Shown piece by piece: positions 44,701-59,700 of a DNA stretch of 64,000 nucleotides. This DNA is from Macrostomum lignano (lineage: Eukaryota). The stretch spans positions 1 through 64,000 of the forward strand of contig NIVC01001007.1 of NCBI GenBank assembly GCA_002269645.1, given 5' to 3'. The first letter of the stretch is position 1. Every line of letters starts with the position of its first letter. A program made the translations under genes and the position numbers. The notes below the pieces were generated by a model. That model did no database searches, was not told the DNA's origin, and was given only the letters and a program-made list of their open reading frames with translations.

Positions 44701-47700
44701 TGTGTATATCAGCCCCATTGAGTGTCATTTCTAAGCTCTCCATTTAATTCTATATATTGACAGCGACAGGGCTAGTTAGAGATGCTGAGAGTAGCGGGCT
44801 CTGCGTCATCTTTGCACCTGTGTATATCAGCCCCATTGAGTGTCATTTCTAAGCTCTCCATTTAATTCTATATATTGACAGCGACAGGGCTAGTTAGAGA
44901 TGCTGAGAGTAGCGGGCTCTGCGTCATCTTTGCACCTGTGTATATCAGCCCCATTGAGTGTCATTTCTAAGCTCTCCATTTAATTCTATATATTGACAGC
45001 GACAGGGCTAGTTAGAGATGCTGAGAGTAGCGGGCTCTGCGTCATCTTTGCACCTGTGTATATCAGCCCCATTGAGTGTCATTTCTAAGCTCTCCATTTA
45101 ATTCTATATATTGACAGCGACAGGGCTAGTTAGAGATGCTGAGAGTAGCGGGCTCTGCGTCATCTTTGCACCTGTGTATATCAGCCCCATTGAGTGTCAT
45201 TTCTAAGCTCTCCATTTAATTCTATATATTGACAGCGACAGGGCTAGTTAGAGATGCTGAGAGTAGCGGGCTCTGCGTCATCTTTGCACCTGTGTATATC
45301 AGCCCCATTGAGTGTCATTTCTAAGCTCTCCATTTAATTCTATATATTGACAGCGACAGGGCTAGTTAGAGATGCTGAGAGTAGCGGGCTCTGCGTCATC
45401 TTTGCACCTGTGTATATCAGCCCCATTGAGTGTCATTTCTAAGCTCTCCATTTAATTCTATATATTGACAGCGACAGGGCTAGTTAGAGATGCTGAGAGT
45501 AGCGGGCTCTGCGTCATCTTTGCACCTGTGTATATCAGCCCCATTGAGTGTCATTTCTAAGCTCTCCATTTAATTCTATATATTGACAGCGACAGGGCTA
45601 GTTAGAGATGCTGAGAGTAGCGGGCTCTGCGTCATCTTTGCACCTGTGTATATCAGCCCCATTGAGTGTCATTTCTAAGCTCTCCATTTAATTCTATATA
45701 TTGACAGCGACAGGGCTAGTTAGAGATGCTGAGAGTAGCGGGCTCTGCGTCATCTTTGCACCTGTGTATATCAGCCCCATTGAGTGTCATTTCTAAGCTC
45801 TCCATTTAATTCTATATATTGACAGCGACAGGGCTAGTTAGAGATGCTGAGAGTAGCGGGCTCTGCGTCATCTTTGCACCTGTGTATATCAGCCCCATTG
45901 AGTGTCATTTCTAAGCTCTCCATTTAATTCTATATATTGACAGCGACAGGGCTAGTTAGAGATGCTGAGAGTAGCGGGCTCTGCGTCATCTTTGCACCTG
46001 TGTATATCAGCCCCATTGAGTGTCATTTCTAAGCTCTCCATTTAATTCTATATATTGACAGCGACAGGGCTAGTTAGAGATGCTGAGAGTAGCGGGCTCT
46101 GCGTCATCTTTGCACCTGTGTATATCAGCCCCATTGAGTGTCATTTCTAAGCTCTCCATTTAATTCTATATATTGACAGCGACAGGGCTAGTTAGAGATG
46201 CTGAGAGTAGCGGGCTCTGCGTCATCTTTGCACCTGTGTATATCAGCCCCATTGAGTGTCATTTCTAAGCTCTCCATTTAATTCTATATATTGACAGCGA
46301 CAGGGCTAGTTAGAGATGCTGAGAGTAGCGGGCTCTGCGTCATCTTTGCACCTGTGTATATCAGCCCCATTGAGTGTCATTTCTAAGCTCTCCATTTAAT
46401 TCTATATATTGACAGCGACAGGGCTAGTTAGAGATGCTGAGAGTAGCGGGCTCTGCGTCATCTTTGCACCTGTGTATATCAGCCCCATTGAGTGTCATTT
46501 CTAAGCTCTCCATTTAATTCTATATATTGACAGCGACAGGGCTAGTTAGAGATGCTGAGAGTAGCGGGCTCTGCGTCATCTTTGCACCTGTGTATATCAG
46601 CCCCATTGAGTGTCATTTCTAAGCTCTCCATTTAATTCTATATATTGACAGCGACAGGGCTAGTTAGAGATGCTGAGAGTAGCGGGCTCTGCGTCATCTT
46701 TGCACCTGTGTATATCAGCCCCATTGAGTGTCATTTCTAAGCTCTCCATTTAATTCTATATATTGACAGCGACAGGGCTAGTTAGAGATGCTGAGAGTAG
46801 CGGGCTCTGCGTCATCTTTGCACCTGTGTATATCAGCCCCATTGAGTGTCATTTCTAAGCTCTCCATTTAATTCTATATATTGACAGCGACAGGGCTAGT
46901 TAGAGATGCTGAGAGTAGCGGGCTCTGCGTCATCTTTGCACCTGTGTATATCAGCCCCATTGAGTGTCATTTCTAAGCTCTCCATTTAATTCTATATATT
47001 GACAGCGACAGGGCTAGTTAGAGATGCTGAGAGTAGCGGGCTCTGCGTCATCTTTGCACCTGTGTATATCAGCCCCATTGAGTGTCATTTCTAAGCTCTC
47101 CATTTAATTCTATATATTGACAGCGACAGGGCTAGTTAGAGATGCTGAGAGTAGCGGGCTCTGCGTCATCTTTGCACCTGTGTATATCAGCCCCATTGAG
47201 TGTCATTTCTAAGCTCTCCATTTAATTCTATATATTGACAGCGACAGGGCTAGTTAGAGATGCTGAGAGTAGCGGGCTCTGCGTCATCTTTGCACCTGTG
47301 TATATCAGCCCCATTGAGTGTCATTTCTAAGCTCTCCATTTAATTCTATATATTGACAGCGACAGGGCTAGTTAGAGATGCTGAGAGTAGCGGGCTCTGC
47401 GTCATCTTTGCACCTGTGTATATCAGCCCCATTGAGTGTCATTTCTAAGCTCTCCATTTAATTCTATATATTGACAGCGACAGGGCTAGTTAGAGATGCT
47501 GAGAGTAGCGGGCTCTGCGTCATCTTTGCACCTGTGTATATCAGCCCCATTGAGTGTCATTTCTAAGCTCTCCATTTAATTCTATATATTGACAGCGACA
47601 GGGCTAGTTAGAGATGCTGAGAGTAGCGGGCTCTGCGTCATCTTTGCACCTGTGTATATCAGCCCCATTGAGTGTCATTTCTAAGCTCTCCATTTAATTC

Positions 47701-50700
47701 TATATATTGACAGCGACAGGGCTAGTTAGAGATGCTGAGAGTAGCGGGCTCTGCGTCATCTTTGCACCTGTGTATATCAGCCCCATTGAGTGTCATTTCT
47801 AAGCTCTCCATTTAATTCTATATATTGACAGCGACAGGGCTAGTTAGAGATGCTGAGAGTAGCGGGCTCTGCGTCATCTTTGCACCTGTGTATATCAGCC
47901 CCATTGAGTGTCATTTCTAAGCTCTCCATTTAATTCTATATATTGACAGCGACAGGGCTAGTTAGAGATGCTGAGAGTAGCGGGCTCTGCGTCATCTTTG
48001 CACCTGTGTATATCAGCCCCATTGAGTGTCATTTCTAAGCTCTCCATTTAATTCTATATATTGACAGCGACAGGGCTAGTTAGAGATGCTGAGAGTAGCG
48101 GGCTCTGCGTCATCTTTGCACCTGTGTATATCAGCCCCATTGAGTGTCATTTCTAAGCTCTCCATTTAATTCTATATATTGACAGCGACAGGGCTAGTTA
48201 GAGATGCTGAGAGTAGCGGGCTCTGCGTCATCTTTGCACCTGTGTATATCAGCCCCATTGAGTGTCATTTCTAAGCTCTCCATTTAATTCTATATATTGA
48301 CAGCGACAGGGCTAGTTAGAGATGCTGAGAGTAGCGGGCTCTGCGTCATCTTTGCACCTGTGTATATCAGCCCCATTGAGTGTCATTTCTAAGCTCTCCA
48401 TTTAATTCTATATATTGACAGCGACAGGGCTAGTTAGAGATGCTGAGAGTAGCGGGCTCTGCGTCATCTTTGCACCTGTGTATATCAGCCCCATTGAGTG
48501 TCATTTCTAAGCTCTCCATTTAATTCTATATATTGACAGCGACAGGGCTAGTTAGAGATGCTGAGAGTAGCGGGCTCTGCGTCATCTTTGCACCTGTGTA
48601 TATCAGCCCCATTGAGTGTCATTTCTAAGCTCTCCATTTAATTCTATATATTGACAGCGACAGGGCTAGTTAGAGATGCTGAGAGTAGCGGGCTCTGCGT
48701 CATCTTTGCACCTGTGTATATCAGCCCCATTGAGTGTCATTTCTAAGCTCTCCATTTAATTCTATATATTGACAGCGACAGGGCTAGTTAGAGATGCTGA
48801 GAGTAGCGGGCTCTGCGTCATCTTTGCACCTGTGTATATCAGCCCCATTGAGTGTCATTTCTAAGCTCTCCATTTAATTCTATATATTGACAGCGACAGG
48901 GCTAGTTAGAGATGCTGAGAGTAGCGGGCTCTGCGTCATCTTTGCACCTGTGTATATCAGCCCCATTGAGTGTCATTTCTAAGCTCTCCATTTAATTCTA
49001 TATATTGACAGCGACAGGGCTAGTTAGAGATGCTGAGAGTAGCGGGCTCTGCGTCATCTTTGCACCTGTGTATATCAGCCCCATTGAGTGTCATTTCTAA
49101 GCTCTCCATTTAATTCTATATATTGACAGCGACAGGGCTAGTTAGAGATGCTGAGAGTAGCGGGCTCTGCGTCATCTTTGCACCTGTGTATATCAGCCCC
49201 ATTGAGTGTCATTTCTAAGCTCTCCATTTAATTCTATATATTGACAGCGACAGGGCTAGTTAGAGATGCTGAGAGTAGCGGGCTCTGCGTCATCTTTGCA
49301 CCTGTGTATATCAGCCCCATTGAGTGTCATTTCTAAGCTCTCCATTTAATTCTATATATTGACAGCGACAGGGCTAGTTAGAGATGCTGAGAGTAGCGGG
49401 CTCTGCGTCATCTTTGCACCTGTGTATATCAGCCCCATTGAGTGTCATTTCTAAGCTCTCCATTTAATTCTATATATTGACAGCGACAGGGCTAGTTAGA
49501 GATGCTGAGAGTAGCGGGCTCTGCGTCATCTTTGCACCTGTGTATATCAGCCCCATTGAGTGTCATTTCTAAGCTCTCCATTTAATTCTATATATTGACA
49601 GCGACAGGGCTAGTTAGAGATGCTGAGAGTAGCGGGCTCTGCGTCATCTTTGCACCTGTGTATATCAGCCCCATTGAGTGTCATTTCTAAGCTCTCCATT
49701 TAATTCTATATATTGACAGCGACAGGGCTAGTTAGAGATGCTGAGAGTAGCGGGCTCTGCGTCATCTTTGCACCTGTGTATATCAGCCCCATTGAGTGTC
49801 ATTTCTAAGCTCTCCATTTAATTCTATATATTGACAGCGACAGGGCTAGTTAGAGATGCTGAGAGTAGCGGGCTCTGCGTCATCTTTGCACCTGTGTATA
49901 TCAGCCCCATTGAGTGTCATTTCTAAGCTCTCCATTTAATTCTATATATTGACAGCGACAGGGCTAGTTAGAGATGCTGAGAGTAGCGGGCTCTGCGTCA
50001 TCTTTGCACCTGTGTATATCAGCCCCATTGAGTGTCATTTCTAAGCTCTCCATTTAATTCTATATATTGACAGCGACAGGGCTAGTTAGAGATGCTGAGA
50101 GTAGCGGGCTCTGCGTCATCTTTGCACCTGTGTATATCAGCCCCATTGAGTGTCATTTCTAAGCTCTCCATTTAATTCTATATATTGACAGCGACAGGGC
50201 TAGTTAGAGATGCTGAGAGTAGCGGGCTCTGCGTCATCTTTGCACCTGTGTATATCAGCCCCATTGAGTGTCATTTCTAAGCTCTCCATTTAATTCTATA
50301 TATTGACAGCGACAGGGCTAGTTAGAGATGCTGAGAGTAGCGGGCTCTGCGTCATCTTTGCACCTGTGTATATCAGCCCCATTGAGTGTCATTTCTAAGC
50401 TCTCCATTTAATTCTATATATTGACAGCGACAGGGCTAGTTAGAGATGCTGAGAGTAGCGGGCTCTGCGTCATCTTTGCACCTGTGTATATCAGCCCCAT
50501 TGAGTGTCATTTCTAAGCTCTCCATTTAATTCTATATATTGACAGCGACAGGGCTAGTTAGAGATGCTGAGAGTAGCGGGCTCTGCGTCATCTTTGCACC
50601 TGTGTATATCAGCCCCATTGAGTGTCATTTCTAAGCTCTCCATTTAATTCTATATATTGACAGCGACAGGGCTAGTTAGAGATGCTGAGAGTAGCGGGCT

Positions 50701-53700
50701 CTGCGTCATCTTTGCACCTGTGTATATCAGCCCCATTGAGTGTCATTTCTAAGCTCTCCATTTAATTCTATATATTGACAGCGACAGGGCTAGTTAGAGA
50801 TGCTGAGAGTAGCGGGCTCTGCGTCATCTTTGCACCTGTGTATATCAGCCCCATTGAGTGTCATTTCTAAGCTCTCCATTTAATTCTATATATTGACAGC
50901 GACAGGGCTAGTTAGAGATGCTGAGAGTAGCGGGCTCTGCGTCATCTTTGCACCTGTGTATATCAGCCCCATTGAGTGTCATTTCTAAGCTCTCCATTTA
51001 ATTCTATATATTGACAGCGACAGGGCTAGTTAGAGATGCTGAGAGTAGCGGGCTCTGCGTCATCTTTGCACCTGTGTATATCAGCCCCATTGAGTGTCAT
51101 TTCTAAGCTCTCCATTTAATTCTATATATTGACAGCGACAGGGCTAGTTAGAGATGCTGAGAGTAGCGGGCTCTGCGTCATCTTTGCACCTGTGTATATC
51201 AGCCCCATTGAGTGTCATTTCTAAGCTCTCCATTTAATTCTATATATTGACAGCGACAGGGCTAGTTAGAGATGCTGAGAGTAGCGGGCTCTGCGTCATC
51301 TTTGCACCTGTGTATATCAGCCCCATTGAGTGTCATTTCTAAGCTCTCCATTTAATTCTATATATTGACAGCGACAGGGCTAGTTAGAGATGCTGAGAGT
51401 AGCGGGCTCTGCGTCATCTTTGCACCTGTGTATATCAGCCCCATTGAGTGTCATTTCTAAGCTCTCCATTTAATTCTATATATTGACAGCGACAGGGCTA
51501 GTTAGAGATGCTGAGAGTAGCGGGCTCTGCGTCATCTTTGCACCTGTGTATATCAGCCCCATTGAGTGTCATTTCTAAGCTCTCCATTTAATTCTATATA
51601 TTGACAGCGACAGGGCTAGTTAGAGATGCTGAGAGTAGCGGGCTCTGCGTCATCTTTGCACCTGTGTATATCAGCCCCATTGAGTGTCATTTCTAAGCTC
51701 TCCATTTAATTCTATATATTGACAGCGACAGGGCTAGTTAGAGATGCTGAGAGTAGCGGGCTCTGCGTCATCTTTGCACCTGTGTATATCAGCCCCATTG
51801 AGTGTCATTTCTAAGCTCTCCATTTAATTCTATATATTGACAGCGACAGGGCTAGTTAGAGATGCTGAGAGTAGCGGGCTCTGCGTCATCTTTGCACCTG
51901 TGTATATCAGCCCCATTGAGTGTCATTTCTAAGCTCTCCATTTAATTCTATATATTGACAGCGACAGGGCTAGTTAGAGATGCTGAGAGTAGCGGGCTCT
52001 GCGTCATCTTTGCACCTGTGTATATCAGCCCCATTGAGTGTCATTTCTAAGCTCTCCATTTAATTCTATATATTGACAGCGACAGGGCTAGTTAGAGATG
52101 CTGAGAGTAGCGGGCTCTGCGTCATCTTTGCACCTGTGTATATCAGCCCCATTGAGTGTCATTTCTAAGCTCTCCATTTAATTCTATATATTGACAGCGA
52201 CAGGGCTAGTTAGAGATGCTGAGAGTAGCGGGCTCTGCGTCATCTTTGCACCTGTGTATATCAGCCCCATTGAGTGTCATTTCTAAGCTCTCCATTTAAT
52301 TCTATATATTGACAGCGACAGGGCTAGTTAGAGATGCTGAGAGTAGCGGGCTCTGCGTCATCTTTGCACCTGTGTATATCAGCCCCATTGAGTGTCATTT
52401 CTAAGCTCTCCATTTAATTCTATATATTGACAGCGACAGGGCTAGTTAGAGATGCTGAGAGTAGCGGGCTCTGCGTCATCTTTGCACCTGTGTATATCAG
52501 CCCCATTGAGTGTCATTTCTAAGCTCTCCATTTAATTCTATATATTGACAGCGACAGGGCTAGTTAGAGATGCTGAGAGTAGCGGGCTCTGCGTCATCTT
52601 TGCACCTGTGTATATCAGCCCCATTGAGTGTCATTTCTAAGCTCTCCATTTAATTCTATATATTGACAGCGACAGGGCTAGTTAGAGATGCTGAGAGTAG
52701 CGGGCTCTGCGTCATCTTTGCACCTGTGTATATCAGCCCCATTGAGTGTCATTTCTAAGCTCTCCATTTAATTCTATATATTGACAGCGACAGGGCTAGT
52801 TAGAGATGCTGAGAGTAGCGGGCTCTGCGTCATCTTTGCACCTGTGTATATCAGCCCCATTGAGTGTCATTTCTAAGCTCTCCATTTAATTCTATATATT
52901 GACAGCGACAGGGCTAGTTAGAGATGCTGAGAGTAGCGGGCTCTGCGTCATCTTTGCACCTGTGTATATCAGCCCCATTGAGTGTCATTTCTAAGCTCTC
53001 CATTTAATTCTATATATTGACAGCGACAGGGCTAGTTAGAGATGCTGAGAGTAGCGGGCTCTGCGTCATCTTTGCACCTGTGTATATCAGCCCCATTGAG
53101 TGTCATTTCTAAGCTCTCCATTTAATTCTATATATTGACAGCGACAGGGCTAGTTAGAGATGCTGAGAGTAGCGGGCTCTGCGTCATCTTTGCACCTGTG
53201 TATATCAGCCCCATTGAGTGTCATTTCTAAGCTCTCCATTTAATTCTATATATTGACAGCGACAGGGCTAGTTAGAGATGCTGAGAGTAGCGGGCTCTGC
53301 GTCATCTTTGCACCTGTGTATATCAGCCCCATTGAGTGTCATTTCTAAGCTCTCCATTTAATTCTATATATTGACAGCGACAGGGCTAGTTAGAGATGCT
53401 GAGAGTAGCGGGCTCTGCGTCATCTTTGCACCTGTGTATATCAGCCCCATTGAGTGTCATTTCTAAGCTCTCCATTTAATTCTATATATTGACAGCGACA
53501 GGGCTAGTTAGAGATGCTGAGAGTAGCGGGCTCTGCGTCATCTTTGCACCTGTGTATATCAGCCCCATTGAGTGTCATTTCTAAGCTCTCCATTTAATTC
53601 TATATATTGACAGCGACAGGGCTAGTTAGAGATGCTGAGAGTAGCGGGCTCTGCGTCATCTTTGCACCTGTGTATATCAGCCCCATTGAGTGTCATTTCT

Positions 53701-56700
53701 AAGCTCTCCATTTAATTCTATATATTGACAGCGACAGGGCTAGTTAGAGATGCTGAGAGTAGCGGGCTCTGCGTCATCTTTGCACCTGTGTATATCAGCC
53801 CCATTGAGTGTCATTTCTAAGCTCTCCATTTAATTCTATATATTGACAGCGACAGGGCTAGTTAGAGATGCTGAGAGTAGCGGGCTCTGCGTCATCTTTG
53901 CACCTGTGTATATCAGCCCCATTGAGTGTCATTTCTAAGCTCTCCATTTAATTCTATATATTGACAGCGACAGGGCTAGTTAGAGATGCTGAGAGTAGCG
54001 GGCTCTGCGTCATCTTTGCACCTGTGTATATCAGCCCCATTGAGTGTCATTTCTAAGCTCTCCATTTAATTCTATATATTGACAGCGACAGGGCTAGTTA
54101 GAGATGCTGAGAGTAGCGGGCTCTGCGTCATCTTTGCACCTGTGTATATCAGCCCCATTGAGTGTCATTTCTAAGCTCTCCATTTAATTCTATATATTGA
54201 CAGCGACAGGGCTAGTTAGAGATGCTGAGAGTAGCGGGCTCTGCGTCATCTTTGCACCTGTGTATATCAGCCCCATTGAGTGTCATTTCTAAGCTCTCCA
54301 TTTAATTCTATATATTGACAGCGACAGGGCTAGTTAGAGATGCTGAGAGTAGCGGGCTCTGCGTCATCTTTGCACCTGTGTATATCAGCCCCATTGAGTG
54401 TCATTTCTAAGCTCTCCATTTAATTCTATATATTGACAGCGACAGGGCTAGTTAGAGATGCTGAGAGTAGCGGGCTCTGCGTCATCTTTGCACCTGTGTA
54501 TATCAGCCCCATTGAGTGTCATTTCTAAGCTCTCCATTTAATTCTATATATTGACAGCGACAGGGCTAGTTAGAGATGCTGAGAGTAGCGGGCTCTGCGT
54601 CATCTTTGCACCTGTGTATATCAGCCCCATTGAGTGTCATTTCTAAGCTCTCCATTTAATTCTATATATTGACAGCGACAGGGCTAGTTAGAGATGCTGA
54701 GAGTAGCGGGCTCTGCGTCATCTTTGCACCTGTGTATATCAGCCCCATTGAGTGTCATTTCTAAGCTCTCCATTTAATTCTATATATTGACAGCGACAGG
54801 GCTAGTTAGAGATGCTGAGAGTAGCGGGCTCTGCGTCATCTTTGCACCTGTGTATATCAGCCCCATTGAGTGTCATTTCTAAGCTCTCCATTTAATTCTA
54901 TATATTGACAGCGACAGGGCTAGTTAGAGATGCTGAGAGTAGCGGGCTCTGCGTCATCTTTGCACCTGTGTATATCAGCCCCATTGAGTGTCATTTCTAA
55001 GCTCTCCATTTAATTCTATATATTGACAGCGACAGGGCTAGTTAGAGATGCTGAGAGTAGCGGGCTCTGCGTCATCTTTGCACCTGTGTATATCAGCCCC
55101 ATTGAGTGTCATTTCTAAGCTCTCCATTTAATTCTATATATTGACAGCGACAGGGCTAGTTAGAGATGCTGAGAGTAGCGGGCTCTGCGTCATCTTTGCA
55201 CCTGTGTATATCAGCCCCATTGAGTGTCATTTCTAAGCTCTCCATTTAATTCTATATATTGACAGCGACAGGGCTAGTTAGAGATGCTGAGAGTAGCGGG
55301 CTCTGCGTCATCTTTGCACCTGTGTATATCAGCCCCATTGAGTGTCATTTCTAAGCTCTCCATTTAATTCTATATATTGACAGCGACAGGGCTAGTTAGA
55401 GATGCTGAGAGTAGCGGGCTCTGCGTCATCTTTGCACCTGTGTATATCAGCCCCATTGAGTGTCATTTCTAAGCTCTCCATTTAATTCTATATATTGACA
55501 GCGACAGGGCTAGTTAGAGATGCTGAGAGTAGCGGGCTCTGCGTCATCTTTGCACCTGTGTATATCAGCCCCATTGAGTGTCATTTCTAAGCTCTCCATT
55601 TAATTCTATATATTGACAGCGACAGGGCTAGTTAGAGATGCTGAGAGTAGCGGGCTCTGCGTCATCTTTGCACCTGTGTATATCAGCCCCATTGAGTGTC
55701 ATTTCTAAGCTCTCCATTTAATTCTATATATTGACAGCGACAGGGCTAGTTAGAGATGCTGAGAGTAGCGGGCTCTGCGTCATCTTTGCACCTGTGTATA
55801 TCAGCCCCATTGAGTGTCATTTCTAAGCTCTCCATTTAATTCTATATATTGACAGCGACAGGGCTAGTTAGAGATGCTGAGAGTAGCGGGCTCTGCGTCA
55901 TCTTTGCACCTGTGTATATCAGCCCCATTGAGTGTCATTTCTAAGCTCTCCATTTAATTCTATATATTGACAGCGACAGGGCTAGTTAGAGATGCTGAGA
56001 GTAGCGGGCTCTGCGTCATCTTTGCACCTGTGTATATCAGCCCCATTGAGTGTCATTTCTAAGCTCTCCATTTAATTCTATATATTGACAGCGACAGGGC
56101 TAGTTAGAGATGCTGAGAGTAGCGGGCTCTGCGTCATCTTTGCACCTGTGTATATCAGCCCCATTGAGTGTCATTTCTAAGCTCTCCATTTAATTCTATA
56201 TATTGACAGCGACAGGGCTAGTTAGAGATGCTGAGAGTAGCGGGCTCTGCGTCATCTTTGCACCTGTGTATATCAGCCCCATTGAGTGTCATTTCTAAGC
56301 TCTCCATTTAATTCTATATATTGACAGCGACAGGGCTAGTTAGAGATGCTGAGAGTAGCGGGCTCTGCGTCATCTTTGCACCTGTGTATATCAGCCCCAT
56401 TGAGTGTCATTTCTAAGCTCTCCATTTAATTCTATATATTGACAGCGACAGGGCTAGTTAGAGATGCTGAGAGTAGCGGGCTCTGCGTCATCTTTGCACC
56501 TGTGTATATCAGCCCCATTGAGTGTCATTTCTAAGCTCTCCATTTAATTCTATATATTGACAGCGACAGGGCTAGTTAGAGATGCTGAGAGTAGCGGGCT
56601 CTGCGTCATCTTTGCACCTGTGTATATCAGCCCCATTGAGTGTCATTTCTAAGCTCTCCATTTAATTCTATATATTGACAGCGACAGGGCTAGTTAGAGA

Positions 56701-59700
56701 TGCTGAGAGTAGCGGGCTCTGCGTCATCTTTGCACCTGTGTATATCAGCCCCATTGAGTGTCATTTCTAAGCTCTCCATTTAATTCTATATATTGACAGC
56801 GACAGGGCTAGTTAGAGATGCTGAGAGTAGCGGGCTCTGCGTCATCTTTGCACCTGTGTATATCAGCCCCATTGAGTGTCATTTCTAAGCTCTCCATTTA
56901 ATTCTATATATTGACAGCGACAGGGCTAGTTAGAGATGCTGAGAGTAGCGGGCTCTGCGTCATCTTTGCACCTGTGTATATCAGCCCCATTGAGTGTCAT
57001 TTCTAAGCTCTCCATTTAATTCTATATATTGACAGCGACAGGGCTAGTTAGAGATGCTGAGAGTAGCGGGCTCTGCGTCATCTTTGCACCTGTGTATATC
57101 AGCCCCATTGAGTGTCATTTCTAAGCTCTCCATTTAATTCTATATATTGACAGCGACAGGGCTAGTTAGAGATGCTGAGAGTAGCGGGCTCTGCGTCATC
57201 TTTGCACCTGTGTATATCAGCCCCATTGAGTGTCATTTCTAAGCTCTCCATTTAATTCTATATATTGACAGCGACAGGGCTAGTTAGAGATGCTGAGAGT
57301 AGCGGGCTCTGCGTCATCTTTGCACCTGTGTATATCAGCCCCATTGAGTGTCATTTCTAAGCTCTCCATTTAATTCTATATATTGACAGCGACAGGGCTA
57401 GTTAGAGATGCTGAGAGTAGCGGGCTCTGCGTCATCTTTGCACCTGTGTATATCAGCCCCATTGAGTGTCATTTCTAAGCTCTCCATTTAATTCTATATA
57501 TTGACAGCGACAGGGCTAGTTAGAGATGCTGAGAGTAGCGGGCTCTGCGTCATCTTTGCACCTGTGTATATCAGCCCCATTGAGTGTCATTTCTAAGCTC
57601 TCCATTTAATTCTATATATTGACAGCGACAGGGCTAGTTAGAGATGCTGAGAGTAGCGGGCTCTGCGTCATCTTTGCACCTGTGTATATCAGCCCCATTG
57701 AGTGTCATTTCTAAGCTCTCCATTTAATTCTATATATTGACAGCGACAGGGCTAGTTAGAGATGCTGAGAGTAGCGGGCTCTGCGTCATCTTTGCACCTG
57801 TGTATATCAGCCCCATTGAGTGTCATTTCTAAGCTCTCCATTTAATTCTATATATTGACAGCGACAGGGCTAGTTAGAGATGCTGAGAGTAGCGGGCTCT
57901 GCGTCATCTTTGCACCTGTGTATATCAGCCCCATTGAGTGTCATTTCTAAGCTCTCCATTTAATTCTATATATTGACAGCGACAGGGCTAGTTAGAGATG
58001 CTGAGAGTAGCGGGCTCTGCGTCATCTTTGCACCTGTGTATATCAGCCCCATTGAGTGTCATTTCTAAGCTCTCCATTTAATTCTATATATTGACAGCGA
58101 CAGGGCTAGTTAGAGATGCTGAGAGTAGCGGGCTCTGCGTCATCTTTGCACCTGTGTATATCAGCCCCATTGAGTGTCATTTCTAAGCTCTCCATTTAAT
58201 TCTATATATTGACAGCGACAGGGCTAGTTAGAGATGCTGAGAGTAGCGGGCTCTGCGTCATCTTTGCACCTGTGTATATCAGCCCCATTGAGTGTCATTT
58301 CTAAGCTCTCCATTTAATTCTATATATTGACAGCGACAGGGCTAGTTAGAGATGCTGAGAGTAGCGGGCTCTGCGTCATCTTTGCACCTGTGTATATCAG
58401 CCCCATTGAGTGTCATTTCTAAGCTCTCCATTTAATTCTATATATTGACAGCGACAGGGCTAGTTAGAGATGCTGAGAGTAGCGGGCTCTGCGTCATCTT
58501 TGCACCTGTGTATATCAGCCCCATTGAGTGTCATTTCTAAGCTCTCCATTTAATTCTATATATTGACAGCGACAGGGCTAGTTAGAGATGCTGAGAGTAG
58601 CGGGCTCTGCGTCATCTTTGCACCTGTGTATATCAGCCCCATTGAGTGTCATTTCTAAGCTCTCCATTTAATTCTATATATTGACAGCGACAGGGCTAGT
58701 TAGAGATGCTGAGAGTAGCGGGCTCTGCGTCATCTTTGCACCTGTGTATATCAGCCCCATTGAGTGTCATTTCTAAGCTCTCCATTTAATTCTATATATT
58801 GACAGCGACAGGGCTAGTTAGAGATGCTGAGAGTAGCGGGCTCTGCGTCATCTTTGCACCTGTGTATATCAGCCCCATTGAGTGTCATTTCTAAGCTCTC
58901 CATTTAATTCTATATATTGACAGCGACAGGGCTAGTTAGAGATGCTGAGAGTAGCGGGCTCTGCGTCATCTTTGCACCTGTGTATATCAGCCCCATTGAG
59001 TGTCATTTCTAAGCTCTCCATTTAATTCTATATATTGACAGCGACAGGGCTAGTTAGAGATGCTGAGAGTAGCGGGCTCTGCGTCATCTTTGCACCTGTG
59101 TATATCAGCCCCATTGAGTGTCATTTCTAAGCTCTCCATTTAATTCTATATATTGACAGCGACAGGGCTAGTTAGAGATGCTGAGAGTAGCGGGCTCTGC
59201 GTCATCTTTGCACCTGTGTATATCAGCCCCATTGAGTGTCATTTCTAAGCTCTCCATTTAATTCTATATATTGACAGCGACAGGGCTAGTTAGAGATGCT
59301 GAGAGTAGCGGGCTCTGCGTCATCTTTGCACCTGTGTATATCAGCCCCATTGAGTGTCATTTCTAAGCTCTCCATTTAATTCTATATATTGACAGCGACA
59401 GGGCTAGTTAGAGATGCTGAGAGTAGCGGGCTCTGCGTCATCTTTGCACCTGTGTATATCAGCCCCATTGAGTGTCATTTCTAAGCTCTCCATTTAATTC
59501 TATATATTGACAGCGACAGGGCTAGTTAGAGATGCTGAGAGTAGCGGGCTCTGCGTCATCTTTGCACCTGTGTATATCAGCCCCATTGAGTGTCATTTCT
59601 AAGCTCTCCATTTAATTCTATATATTGACAGCGACAGGGCTAGTTAGAGATGCTGAGAGTAGCGGGCTCTGCGTCATCTTTGCACCTGTGTATATCAGCC